A stretch of DNA of 64,000 nt from an uncultured delta proteobacterium (GTDB lineage Bacteria; Desulfobacterota; Desulfobacteria; Desulfobacterales; UBA2156). Positions within the stretch are counted from its first letter, which is position 1. Each line of letters starts with the position of its first letter. Location: contig CAVTQK010000021.1 in NCBI GenBank assembly GCA_963736855.1, positions 672,001-736,000 of the forward strand, given 5' to 3'. Made by a program: the position numbers and the translations under genes. Positions 22,901 to 31,808 of this stretch are shown here, in pieces. A model generated the notes under the pieces. It was not told the origin of the DNA. It made no database searches and saw nothing but the letters and a program-made list of their open reading frames with translations.

Positions 22901-24300
22901 CGGGCCTCATGGACGTCGATCTTTTCACGGGCATACCACTCTACACCATTGGCAAACGCAAATCCGCCCTGGTGAGAAAGGAGGGCGCAGAGGGCTGTCC
23001 GCATCTTTGCCCAAACTGTGGATCGGGAGGCCAACCGGTTATTATCGTGAGTTTCCGCATAATGGACCAGGATCCCATCGCTTTTTGAAATCTCGAATAC
23101 ACCGGGAAGATATCCCTCAATCTGATGTCGGTCGTAATTCTGGAAGAGTTCCGAATAAGCCCAATTGAAATTGGCCAAATTGAGCAGATCACGGGTGACC
23201 GATATTTTACCACCCAATCCTTCAAGGAAGAAAAGAGAATCGGGAAACTGCTCCCGCACTACCGCCACCAGATATCTCCAGGCCGTCACCGAGATCATAT
23301 ACCCGGCATCGCATCGGAATCCGTCCACACCCCGCTGGCACCAGGTCAAGAAGACCCCGCCCATGTATTCCCACAACCTCTTTTTGGAGTAATCCAGCTT
23401 GGTGAGATCTTCCCATTGCACACCCCAGGCGCCCGGTACCTCGATGAGGCCGTCTTCGGTGCGGCTCAGCCACTCCGGATGCGTATCATGAAGAATAGCC
23501 GCCCATCCGGTGTGATTGATGGCGATATCGAGGATCAGCTTAGCCCCCCGTGCATGGATGGCATCGACAAGTTCCATAAATTGTTCCGTGGGTGTGGCCT
23601 TTGGATCGAATTTGGCCAGAGACGGATCTACTGTAGTAAAGCTCAGTGCAGCATACGGGCTTCCGAATCGCCCCATCCGTCTATAGGTTGTGGGGGTCGG
23701 GTTAATGGGAAGCAGTTGAATAAACCGGCATCCCAGCTCGCCGATGATGAAGTCAAGATGGGAAATCAAATCCCTGAAAGTCCCTGAAGGTGGAATGACC
23801 GAAAATCCCGCACGGTCCAGCCTCTGAACATCGGCATCCGCTTCCGGACTGAAAAAACCGCCGCTGATATTAGGCCCGAACTGGCGCACAAAGGCGTTGT
23901 AAATCGTGTTGGCACAGACCGTGTCGGCCGGTTCCACATTAACGGAGAGGTTGTCTCCTGCCGGCCAGACAGGATCCAGGGTCGATGCGGGAAGGAAAAA
24001 CGCTTTGGCCTCGAAATGCCCCACTTCACAGATCGGGAGGGTGATTTTGAACCGACCGCCATCCAACGGCGTCATCGGAATATCGAACCAATCCTGGGCA
24101 AGAGGCGGCTCGTTGAAGTGCACCTCCCGGATGGTCTCCCTTCTCATTCTGTCGGCATGGCCGATGTTGGTTCGCAGGTATGCCTTTCCTTGCTCAGGTC
24201 TTGGAAGGGTTAAGAAAACCATCAGGGTATCCCCCCTGAATTTAACCATCCGCGTACCCGGTGTGGGATCCTGTTCAACAAAAATCGGTTCCGGATTCAC
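19990..24300 (-). CDS. Glycogen debranching enzyme fusion (GH13 alpha-amylase domain + amylo-alpha-1,6-glucosidase domains)
   Basis: DGFRCDAG, LEGLGG and ETHDN (GH13 triad). TTNGCGG, IAGYPWFLDWGRD, TWMD, RPNQ, YHNG and QAW (GDE_C). Start set at GTG 24300 with a GGAG RBS. Confidence 0.85.
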   Translation of the reverse strand: MNPEPIFVEQDPTPGTRMVKFRGDTLMVFLTLPRPEQGKAYLRTNIGHADRMRRETIREVHFNEPPLAQDWFDIPMTPLDGGRFKITLPICEVGHFEAKAFFLPASTLDPVWPAGDNLSVNVEPADTVCANTIYNAFVRQFGPNISGGFFSPEADADVQRLDRAGFSVIPPSGTFRDLISHLDFIIGELGCRFIQLLPINPTPTTYRRMGRFGSPYAALSFTTVDPSLAKFDPKATPTEQFMELVDAIHARGAKLILDIAINHTGWAAILHDTHPEWLSRTEDGLIEVPGAWGVQWEDLTKLDYSKKRLWEYMGGVFLTWCQRGVDGFRCDAGYMISVTAWRYLVAVVREQFPDSLFFLEGLGGKISVTRDLLNLANFNWAYSELFQNYDRHQIEGYLPGVFEISKSDGILVHYAETHDNNRLASRSTVWAKMRTALCALLSHQGGFAFANGVEWYAREKIDVHEARSLNWGGSPNQTAEIARLSCILRKHPAFFDDVRLRMIQGGQGNCLVICRFHPSTDKRLLIVANLDDHKSAYARWKRAEASMKGDTLLDLLTGKKVHIRVREEWAEFDLDPGQVLCFSDDFDDHTLIESERKENLLEPERIVFQRLRAKVLDVWHHFNGDVDLGDMNVDAAVAEFRKDPEEFCRSLNPQKTESRIIPWRWPQDLNREVMLPPGHFLLVWAPAHFRVLIKRGMRVVAVEDSLPGPGGGRFALFTPLPAPRHHMPYILHLSVYLPEGAKRMEAPLLYLSRPEAASLKIALRRKDLDFNTPPYFLTTNGCGGMLRAPVEWGKLTSRYDALLAANLNPKRPSDRWILWSRCRGWIVFQDYSQEISATCMDSFRLEDPFKGVWRFKVPTGLGKHVTVRIALSMLDGQNQTRMVIIREQSVEGGGGLSDDEPVTLILRPDIESRSCHDVIKAFMGPEHHWPQAVTPQAEGFLFQPDGHHVLSMKIFSGRYVHEPEWHYMVHRFQEAQRGQDPNSDLFSPGYFTAKLKGGQGVTLIGEAGPLKNKPDSGGENILRKNTEEKLSQDLKEKSLLGQMIRIMDHYIVERDQGKTVIAGYPWFLDWGRDSLIFSRGLIAAGMLDAARSILYQFGRFESQGTLPNMIGEQGPANRDTSDAPLWFAVACRDLMQAEKSSRFLKTVCGDRTVREILLSIAKAYIRGTPNGIRMDDETGLIFSPAHFTWMDTNYPAGTPRQGYPIEIQALWYAALAFLFQIAPSKEKKRFKDLARQVRTSVHRLFALQEKGYLSDCLHGKPGKGANHAEQDDALRPNQLFSITLGLVQDLKTAVGTLNACRELLVPGAIRSLADRTLERPLSVVYQGRLLNDPHRPYQGRYEGDEDTRRKPAYHNGTGWTWQFPSFCEAYAMVYQETGKAAAAAWLSSVMRLLNRGCVGHMPEIVDGDFPHAQRGCDAQAWGISEWVRVWVKLNEV

Positions 24301-24637
24301 ATTATCTCCCAATTCAAAGCGCTCTTTTCTCTTTGAAGGTGCTCCAAAAACATGCGTGAAAACCTTATCATCCACTCTCTTTGATATCAAGAGTCCGGAA
24401 TAATCTTCTGGAACCGATGCAAAACACAATACAAGAAAAACGCTTGTTCATTTTTTCCGTTTTGACAGAATTTCAAGATAAGGAGTTGGCGGCATTTGAC
24501 TCTAATAAATAATACGGGAAAGATTGATCAACGATGACAAACCGAAGAGAGTTTCTCAAGGAGATCCTTGCAAAGGGAGTGGTGATTCAGAAACGGGGGG
24601 CTTATGGATTTTCAATTTTCTAAAGGCAACTCTGCTT

Positions 24638-26095
24638 TCAAACTTGGTAACTTCTTTGTACCGCCCCCCATTTCTCTTGCGCGGTGGTGTTCTCACCCCA
24701 GGTATCAGCTCGTTCAGCAAAATTACTGACGACGCGAAAAGCTTCTTCACCGGTATTTACGATCGTGTAAATATAGAGGTCTTTTTCTGATATCGCACCC
24801 GCTTTTTCATATAACACTTTGTGATGATAATCATGGATCGGGTCCCAATACCGGTTGCGGATCAAAACGATCGGCATAGGATCGATCTTCTTAGTCTGGA
24901 TCAAAGTCAAGACTTCATAAAAAAGATCGAGTACTCCCGCACCGCCCGGGAAGTACACGATACCGTAATTCGTATGTTCGACAAGCGCAATCTTCTGAGA
25001 GAAGATATCGTGGAAATTGCAACAGGTATCCGTGTCAGTCTCGCATCCTTCATTATCTTTATAGTAATTGAACGCGAATAGCCTGGCCTCCGGGTGGTCG
25101 GCAAACCGCGCACCTCGGGCAATCGCCTCGGATATGGTATAATTATTACGATATAATAGAGAGATCCCCTTCTGCGCAAGTTTGAATGCCAGATCCTGAG
25201 CTTCGTTGTAGGAATGAGCGTCTTTTCTGATGTGCTGGCCGCCGATGATGCTGATCGTCCGCTCGATATTCGTTCGATTAATCAGAACTGCCGCGGTATA
25301 GAGTTCTCCGATCGCTCTCTCCGCCCAACTATCTTTGATCTTTTTCAATAGGTACTGCAAATGTGCCTTGGTATCTATTTGTTTCTCCATGACTTTAAAA
25401 TAGCGTAATACTTGTTCCGGAGTGTTAAGCAAAACAAAGTTTTTGCCTATAGGCTTACGGATAAGCGGAATCTGATCGTGGTGCGCGATGGACTCTTGAC
25501 GCAGCTTTTCCAGATACCACAACCAGAACGAATAAAACTCTCTATCCAATAATATGATTGGTGCGGTATCTTTCTCTTCTTTGTCTTTTAAAATGAGCCG
25601 CTCAAAAAACTCAGCCATAGTCCCGTATCCGCCGGGTGCGGCAATGAAGGCGTTGCTGAAATAACGGAAAGTCATTTCTCGCGAAAAGAAATAATCAAAC
25701 ATAAACGTCTGGGTCGCAAAGGGATTCACTTTCTGTTCTTTAGGCAGTTCGATCCCCAAAGCGATCGATTCCGCTCCGCTTGCTCTTCCTCCTCTATTTC
25801 CAGCCTCCATAATACCCGGGCCACCGCCGGTGATGATTATCGCTCCCAGTTCTTTCGCTAAATAGAGTGCGGCTTTATATGCTTTTTCGTACATCTGCAT
25901 ACCGAAAACGACTTTGGGATCTTTTATATCCGCAGCCGGGTCGTCGAAAGCTTTAAACCGAGCTGATCCATAGATCGCAATTCGCAACGCCACAGTCGGA
26001 TTTTGCCGTAAGTATTCATAAAACAGCATCAACTCTTCCAGAGCTTTTTCCAGATTAAGGAATCGATAGCGCTTAAGAGCATTATTATTCTGCAT
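24638..26095 (-). CDS. Tandem two-domain LOG/SLOG family nucleotide-processing protein
   Basis: Domain 1 has GSAR, TGGGPGIMEAGN and PGGYGTMAE. Domain 2 is degenerate (IIGGQH, PGGAGVLDL, IQTKKIDPMPIVL). Confidence 0.8.
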   Translation of the reverse strand: MQNNNALKRYRFLNLEKALEELMLFYEYLRQNPTVALRIAIYGSARFKAFDDPAADIKDPKVVFGMQMYEKAYKAALYLAKELGAIIITGGGPGIMEAGNRGGRASGAESIALGIELPKEQKVNPFATQTFMFDYFFSREMTFRYFSNAFIAAPGGYGTMAEFFERLILKDKEEKDTAPIILLDREFYSFWLWYLEKLRQESIAHHDQIPLIRKPIGKNFVLLNTPEQVLRYFKVMEKQIDTKAHLQYLLKKIKDSWAERAIGELYTAAVLINRTNIERTISIIGGQHIRKDAHSYNEAQDLAFKLAQKGISLLYRNNYTISEAIARGARFADHPEARLFAFNYYKDNEGCETDTDTCCNFHDIFSQKIALVEHTNYGIVYFPGGAGVLDLFYEVLTLIQTKKIDPMPIVLIRNRYWDPIHDYHHKVLYEKAGAISEKDLYIYTIVNTGEEAFRVVSNFAERADTWGENTTAQEKWGAVQRSYQV

Positions 26096-26269
26096 CGGCG
26101 AGAAATTGGATAAGAGGTTGGGGATTTTCGAATGGATTTTTTACAATCATGAATTGTGTTTCACAATAATCTGCACACCAAAATATGGAAACGCACAATG
26201 GTTATGACTTATGTATTTTCGATTATCCGAAGGCGAATTCACTGTCAATTAGAATTGTGTCGTCAAGAT

Positions 26270-26413
26270 ATCGGCGGTGGACCCCTCTTTAGATAGTTGA
26301 AAATTCACAAGCTACAACAACTGCAGGTTCCTATATCTTGGGGTGCAGATGATGGCAAAACACAATTTATATTTGCATTTAACACAACCGTAAAAAAGCG
26401 ACTTTCTGCTATC
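26270..26413 (+). mobile_element. IS91-family 3' end/oriIS-like remnant, copy 1
   Basis: ATATCTTGGGGTGCAGA...AAAACACAATT...AAAAAAGCGACTTTCTGCTATC is homologous to the segment downstream of the transposase remnant at 28.9-29.0 kb. Confidence 0.6.
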
Positions 26414-26801
26414 AGTCCATAGTGTGCCACCATTTCATGCAAAATATATTGTTCGGCTTATACGGATGCGTCCCCTCAATCACTTCAACCCCTGCTTTTG
26501 CCTTTATCTTCTTTATTATCGTCTCGCTATAGGGGCAATGATCGACAATGCATGGGCCGATGTGAACCTTAGTCACCTTTTCATTCATCGGTTTGTTCCA
26601 GAGATTAATCTGAGCAAGCCGAGTGACAATGGTTGCTCCGGGGCAGTCTCCGCAATTCAAAAGCCCTATCATCTGTGCATCCGAATCCTTGTATCTGGCA
26701 AACTCTCCCTCTCTCCGATTAAACCCGACCATGCAGCGGCTGCAACCGATACAGACATCATCCATTGCTTTTTTACAGCCAACAATCAGAATTTTTTCCA
26801 T
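26412..26801 (-). CDS. CGGC domain (Cys-rich metal/redox) protein
   Basis: IVGC...CIGCSRC...NCGDCPG...HIGPC...HCP...EGTH, with GGAGG RBS. Confidence 0.85.
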   Translation of the reverse strand: MEKILIVGCKKAMDDVCIGCSRCMVGFNRREGEFARYKDSDAQMIGLLNCGDCPGATIVTRLAQINLWNKPMNEKVTKVHIGPCIVDHCPYSETIIKKIKAKAGVEVIEGTHPYKPNNIFCMKWWHTMD

Positions 26802-27039
26802 CCTATTCCTCCTTGAAATTTACTTATGTTTATTCCTTGTTGGGCATGATCTGGCCATATGTGCATGATCTGGCCATAATTGTATTCGCGGTTGCTTTGA
26901 TAAATAACATCTCTGCATAGATTCAATCCGTGTGCCGTAAATGCCGGGAGTTTTGCTTTTTAACATATTCCCTTGCCTGTCTCCAATCCAAATTTTAGCT
27001 TTTTATAAACCTAAATGGAGCGATTCGGGTTTTTTATTG

Positions 27040-27468
27040 AGAAAACATGTCTCCCAATTGATCTGAAACGACTCCCCAGGCCAGTCGCCCGTGCCCCGTC
27101 TTTGATTGAATTTCCGACATATGACGATGCCTTCCCGCCTTCCATCGATGATTACGTCGCCTACCCAGTCTCCCCCATGGATGCTTTCTCTTAAAAAAAA
27201 CCGGTCGGCGCTGACTCGCCCTGCCTGTGCGATGCACCTGTCTGCGTCGCGAACGCGACAGGCAGGCACAGACAGGTGGCCTATGCCCAAATTGGCCAAA
27301 ATAACGGCCTCTTGCCGATAAAATTCCGATTGACAGCACGTCACCTTCGGATTATTGAAAAACCATACACCATGACAACTGTGGGTTTCCATATCTTGGA
27401 GTGCAGATTACGGTGAAACACAATTCATTCTCGCTCTTGAACCGTCCACAAAAAAACGGGTCCTTATC
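27040..27468 (+). mobile_element. IS91-family transposase 3' tail plus oriIS-like end, copy 2
   Basis: Aligns by eye with about 28670-29041 (TGATTGAAT..ACATATGA, ATGGATGC..AAAAACCGGTCGGCGCTG, TTGACAGC, ATATCTTGGAGTGCAGA, AAAAAACGGGTCCTTATC). Confidence 0.7.
27220..27276. repeat. Nested palindromic hairpin element (CCTG[C/T]CTG...CAG[G/A]CAGG inside a second copy)
   Basis: Outer CCTGCCTGTGCGATGCA...CACAGACAGG, inner CCTGTCTGCGTCGCGAACGCGACAGGCAGG (27237-27266). It is absent from the homologous site near 28835. Confidence 0.75.
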
Positions 27469-27674
27469 AATTTATCACATGAATCTTGCACGTTTTTTTT
27501 AAATTTCCTTGCAAGAAATTTTTTTGCACGGATAGATTGGTGATTCAGCGAAGCATACGGGACCGCGAGATAGAAAATATTCGGATTGAATTTCAATATT
27601 GACAACACGGGGTTAGGCGGACAGATTGAATTGAGGTCATCGTAAAATCAAACTTTTAAAAAAAGGAGATAAAC

Positions 27675-28085
27675 ATGATTCGAAAAGCAACGTATAAACT
27701 TCGCGTGACACGAAGGGAGGCGCTCTACGTGCACGATGAACCCGATCATTCTCTGATGCTTGTCGAAATGGAAGGTGAACCGCTGCATTACGAGGTGGGC
27801 ATCGCCGGAGAATTCGTCTCCCGGCGCAGCGTCAATTTCCATGACCGCATTAAAGGCACCGGGTCCATGCAGGGCTATGCGGTGACCAACTTCCAGTACG
27901 GTTCAGTGTTCAGCCGTTTTGAGGGGCATCGCGATGGTGAATCCAGGGTCACAACAGGTAAGTGGAAAACATACAAGGGCACCGGAAAGCTGGCAGCAAT
28001 CAAAGGCGAGGGGACATTCACGGTCATCCTGGGAAAGGCTTCAAATGAGTTCATACTCAACATGGAAGGAAACTACGAACTCTGA
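27675..28085 (+). CDS. Hypothetical beta-barrel protein (DUF3224/allene-oxide-cyclase-like)
   Basis: Strong AAGGAG RBS, TTGACA upstream, and a C-terminal GTGKLAAIKGEG motif typical of this barrel group. Confidence 0.6.
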   Translation: MIRKATYKLRVTRREALYVHDEPDHSLMLVEMEGEPLHYEVGIAGEFVSRRSVNFHDRIKGTGSMQGYAVTNFQYGSVFSRFEGHRDGESRVTTGKWKTYKGTGKLAAIKGEGTFTVILGKASNEFILNMEGNYEL

Positions 28086-28119
28086 TCGATCCGCGTGAAT
28101 AGGGATACATTTTTACCGC

Positions 28120-29041
28120 CCTTTCCGTAAAAGACGGCATTTTTGCCCTTCCTGTCATCAGAAGCGCGTGGTGGAATTCGTTGAATGGCAATGCGGCAAT
28201 ATCATCAAGCCGTGCCGCCTGTCTGCGTGCGGCGCACAGTCAGGCACCGGAATCTGGTGATGAGTATTCCGAAGATCCTCAGAGATATTTTTTCTATAAC
28301 CGGAAGCTGTTATCCGAGTTAAGCCGCTGCGGGTGGGAAAGTCTGAAGAGCTGTTTCAGTGTCGTTTCACGGGATTCGAAGGCGGTCCCCGGCTCTGCCA
28401 TCGCCATTCATTAACGCTCTGAAGCATCTTGCCGCCATGACCTACCATGTTCTGCAGTTACCTATCCTACGGCAGACGCAAAAAAGTCGGAACGGACGGG
28501 ATTGTCCCCTGCCTGCTCGAACAGGAAACGACCGATGTTCAGTTCCGGAAAAATTGGTCACGCCTGATTCAAAAAATATATGAGGTCGATCCCCTGGTCT
28601 GCCCTAAGTGCCGGGGAAAAATGCGGGTGGTTACATTCATCGAAGATCCGGACGTAATCAAAAAAATACTCAAACACTTGAACTTATGGGATCCGAAACG
28701 ACCGGAAAGGCTCGTCGACCATGCCTCGCCTCTGATTGAATCCCCAACATATGATGACCCCGTTACAGCCTTCCACAGACGGTTACCGTCGCCGACCCGG
28801 TTTATCTCATGGATGCTTACTCCTAAAAACCGGTCGGCGCTGCTCCGTTGGAATATACCCAAATCGGCCGAGATAATGACCTTTTGCCGATGAAAACCCG
28901 TTTGACAGCTCACCCGTCTTTTGTTAATTAAAAACACATCCGCCACGACACCTGTATGTTCCCATATCTTGGGGTACAGACAATGGTAAAACACAATTCA
29001 TCCTCACCATTGATCCGTCCGCAAAAAAGCGACTTCTAATC
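28120..29041 (+). mobile_element. Internally deleted IS91-family (Y2 rolling-circle) transposase remnant plus oriIS-like end, copy 3
   Basis: Fragments KRRHFCPSCHQKRVVEF (Zn-binding), HR..SIPKILR/YFFYNRKLLSELSRCGWESLK and NWSRLIQKIYEVDPLVCPKCRGKMRV..IEDPDVIKKILKHL. Ends at AAAAAAGCGACTTCTAATC. Confidence 0.85.
28218..28244. repeat. 27-bp hairpin element inserted in the transposase remnant
   Basis: CCTGTCTGCGTGCGGCGCACAGTCAGG. Removing it restores AVP-HR of the transposase reading. Confidence 0.7.
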
Positions 29042-29091
29042 AAAAATATTTTCGTGTGGTTCGTGTGTTTAGTGGTTGAAAGATTTGTGAT

Positions 29092-29772
29092 ATGAAAACA
29101 GACACCCCCATCGAAATCATCGCCGATGACCGGGAGCAGAAAAGCGATGTCATCCGGTTGTTATCTGAGATTGACAATGTCGATGTTCAGATAGGACGGC
29201 TTTCTATTGGCGATTATAAGATCGATAACCGGCTGATTGTGGAAAGAAAGACATTAAAAGACTTTGCCATATCCATTATCGATGGCAGGTTGTTCAAGCA
29301 ATCGATTCGCCTGACTAATTCCCATCTGAAAGGGGTAATGATACTTGAAGGTTCAGCCAAAGACACCGCTGATTTGGGCGTGACCAGAGAGGCCATGCAG
29401 GGCGCATTGATTACCATTTCAGTGTTATTGGGGATTCCGGTTTTACGGGCAATTGATGCCACCGAAACGGCAAAGCTCATGGTGTATATGGCGCAACAGA
29501 TTAAACGCATAGCCAATGACGGCATTCAACGGCAGGGATATCGACCCAAGAGCAAACGAAAGCGGCAGCTTTACATCTTGCAGGGATTGCCGGGAATTGG
29601 CTATGAAAGAGCCGTCCGACTTCTGGATGCCTTCGGCAGTGTGGAAGGGGTTGTTTCCGCAAGCAGTGAAGAATTACAGATTATAGATGGCATAGGCGAA
29701 AAGATTGCTGAAAAGATCAAATGGGCGGTTAGCGAACAGATTTTACCCTATGGTTTTATTGACAAAAACTAA
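29092..29772 (+). CDS. ERCC4/XPF-family structure-specific nuclease with C-terminal tandem HhH
   Basis: ADDRE, GDY, VERKTLKD (ERKxxxD), IDGRL..Q, LPGIG and IDGIG HhH motifs. Confidence 0.9.
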   Translation: MKTDTPIEIIADDREQKSDVIRLLSEIDNVDVQIGRLSIGDYKIDNRLIVERKTLKDFAISIIDGRLFKQSIRLTNSHLKGVMILEGSAKDTADLGVTREAMQGALITISVLLGIPVLRAIDATETAKLMVYMAQQIKRIANDGIQRQGYRPKSKRKRQLYILQGLPGIGYERAVRLLDAFGSVEGVVSASSEELQIIDGIGEKIAEKIKWAVSEQILPYGFIDKN

Positions 29773-29847
29773 TATATCGGCTCTGTAAGTGCTTTATGAG
29801 AATAAATACAGTGGTATTAAATTATTATCCGGGAGTCAAAAAAAGAT

Positions 29848-31773
29848 ATGTTGAAGCAACATCTGAAAAAGTACTTCGGATTTGATTCGTTTTTAAAGGG
29901 GCAGGAAGGGGTCATTCAAAGAATTCTGGATGGGAATTCCGCGGTTGCCATCTTCCCTACCGGAGCAGGTAAATCTTTGTGTTATCAATTACCGGCTATG
30001 ATGCTTCCCGGTTTAACCCTGGTGGTATCTCCCCTGTTGTCCCTGATGAAGGATCAACTGGATTTTCTGCTGGAAAACCATATTCCCGCCGCGCGTCTGG
30101 ATTCCACCCTTGATAAGGCTGAATATAACGCTGTTCTTGAAAGGGCCAAAAACAATGAATTGAAAATCCTGATGATATCCGTTGAACGGTTTAAAAATGA
30201 ATGCTTTCGTTTCCATCTAGAACGGATGAACGTTTCCCTGCTGGTTATTGACGAAGCCCATTGCATTTCCGAGTGGGGGCACAATTTCAGGCCGGAGTAC
30301 CTGAAACTACCGAATTATCAAAAGGAATTCAAAATCATGCAAACTTTACTGCTCACTGCAACCGCGACAAAGCCGGTCATTGATGATATGTGTGCAAAAT
30401 TCAACATTCCCAAAAAAAATGTATCAGTTACCGGTTTTTATCGAAACAATCTGTTTATTCAAATTACACCGATTGGCACATCCGAAAAAAAGCAATACCT
30501 GCTAAAGCGTATTCTTGAAACACCCGACGCATCCATGATTGTCTATGTAACCCTTCAAAAAACAGCCGAAGCGGTTTCGGATTTTCTTCGCGAAAACAAC
30601 ATCAACTCCCACGCATATCATGCCGGAATGGAAAATAAGGAACGAGAACTGATCCAAAACCGGTTTATGGAAGGAACGGTCTCCTGTATCGTTGCCACTA
30701 TTGCCTTCGGGATGGGCATCGATAAGAAAGACATCCGCAGGATTATTCACTACGATTTGCCCAAATCGATTGAAAACTACAGCCAGGAAATCGGACGATC
30801 CGGAAGAGATAAAAAGCCTGCATTGTGCGAAGTTCTGGCCAATCGGGACAACATCCATATTCTGGAAAATTTTATCTATGGGGATACACCGGAAAAGCAA
30901 TCGATTGTTCAGTTGCTTCAAACCATAAAGAAAAATCCGGGCTTTGTATGGGAAATAAGGGAAATGAGGCTTTCAAATGACCTGAATATCCGGTTGCTGC
31001 CCTTGAAAACGTTATTGGTTTATCTTTCCATGGAAAAGATTATCCGTCCCAAACTTTCATACTTTGAATTCTATTCCTTCAAGTACAGGACAGAACCGGA
31101 AAATATTATCAACCGGTTTGAAGGGGAAAGGAAACAGTTTGTACAATCGGTCATCAACCACTGTTTTACCAAGAAAGTATGGACGGATGTGGATATTCAA
31201 GCCGTTATAAACAGCTACCATACGGATCGGGAGCGAATTCTCGCCGCGTTGGATTACTTCGACGAGAAGGGCTGGATCGAACTTCAAGCCAGACAGTCCG
31301 TGGAAGTGTATGATATTTTAACCCAGGCCTTTGATATCGAAACTGTAACCAATAAAATGTTTTCCCTGTTTAAAAAGAAGGAGCAACTTGAAATTCAAAG
31401 AATTCATCACATGATCCACTTTTTCGAAAGTGATACATGTGTCAGTAAAAAGCTTGCCGGATATTTCGGGGAGCACCTGGAGAAGGAGCGCTGTGGTCAT
31501 TGCTCTTTTTGTAAAAGCGGAAAAGCGGTGTTAATTCAAAATACCGAATTGAAGCCGATTGCTCATTTCGATTTTAAAACGATTATCCATGAATTTAAAA
31601 ATGCTATAAGAGATCAATTTTCAGACACCAGTTTAACAAAATTTCTCTGCGGGATTTACACACCGGTTTTTTCCAGTTTAAAAATCAAAAACCTGTCCTA
31701 TTTCGGTGTTCTTGAAAATTATCATTTTATGGAGGTACAAAACTGGGTTAAAGATCAAATGAAGTTACAATAA
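29848..31773 (+). CDS. RecQ-family DNA helicase with Zn-binding motif and no obvious HRDC domain
   Basis: PTGAGKSLCYQ, DEAHCISEWGHNFRPEY, LTATA, ATIAFGMGIDK, QEIGRSGRD, YFGE...CGHCSFC. Confidence 0.92.
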   Translation: MLKQHLKKYFGFDSFLKGQEGVIQRILDGNSAVAIFPTGAGKSLCYQLPAMMLPGLTLVVSPLLSLMKDQLDFLLENHIPAARLDSTLDKAEYNAVLERAKNNELKILMISVERFKNECFRFHLERMNVSLLVIDEAHCISEWGHNFRPEYLKLPNYQKEFKIMQTLLLTATATKPVIDDMCAKFNIPKKNVSVTGFYRNNLFIQITPIGTSEKKQYLLKRILETPDASMIVYVTLQKTAEAVSDFLRENNINSHAYHAGMENKERELIQNRFMEGTVSCIVATIAFGMGIDKKDIRRIIHYDLPKSIENYSQEIGRSGRDKKPALCEVLANRDNIHILENFIYGDTPEKQSIVQLLQTIKKNPGFVWEIREMRLSNDLNIRLLPLKTLLVYLSMEKIIRPKLSYFEFYSFKYRTEPENIINRFEGERKQFVQSVINHCFTKKVWTDVDIQAVINSYHTDRERILAALDYFDEKGWIELQARQSVEVYDILTQAFDIETVTNKMFSLFKKKEQLEIQRIHHMIHFFESDTCVSKKLAGYFGEHLEKERCGHCSFCKSGKAVLIQNTELKPIAHFDFKTIIHEFKNAIRDQFSDTSLTKFLCGIYTPVFSSLKIKNLSYFGVLENYHFMEVQNWVKDQMKLQ

Positions 31774-31808
31774 AAAAATCATTGAAAGTTTAAAACATCA
31801 ATTTTCCT

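Noticed and set aside
26270..29041. The three repeats as a CRISPR array, integron attC sites or riboswitches
   Set aside because: They are spaced 1-1.6 kb apart, diverged, lack attC GTTRRRY/RYYYAAC symmetry, and two are contiguous with IS91 transposase coding remnants.
29051..29077. TTCGTGTGG TTCGTGTGT TTAGTGGTT short tandem motif before the ERCC4 gene
   Set aside because: It resembles a common dispersed short-repeat family, but it is a single copy with no inverted partner seen, so no function can be supported.
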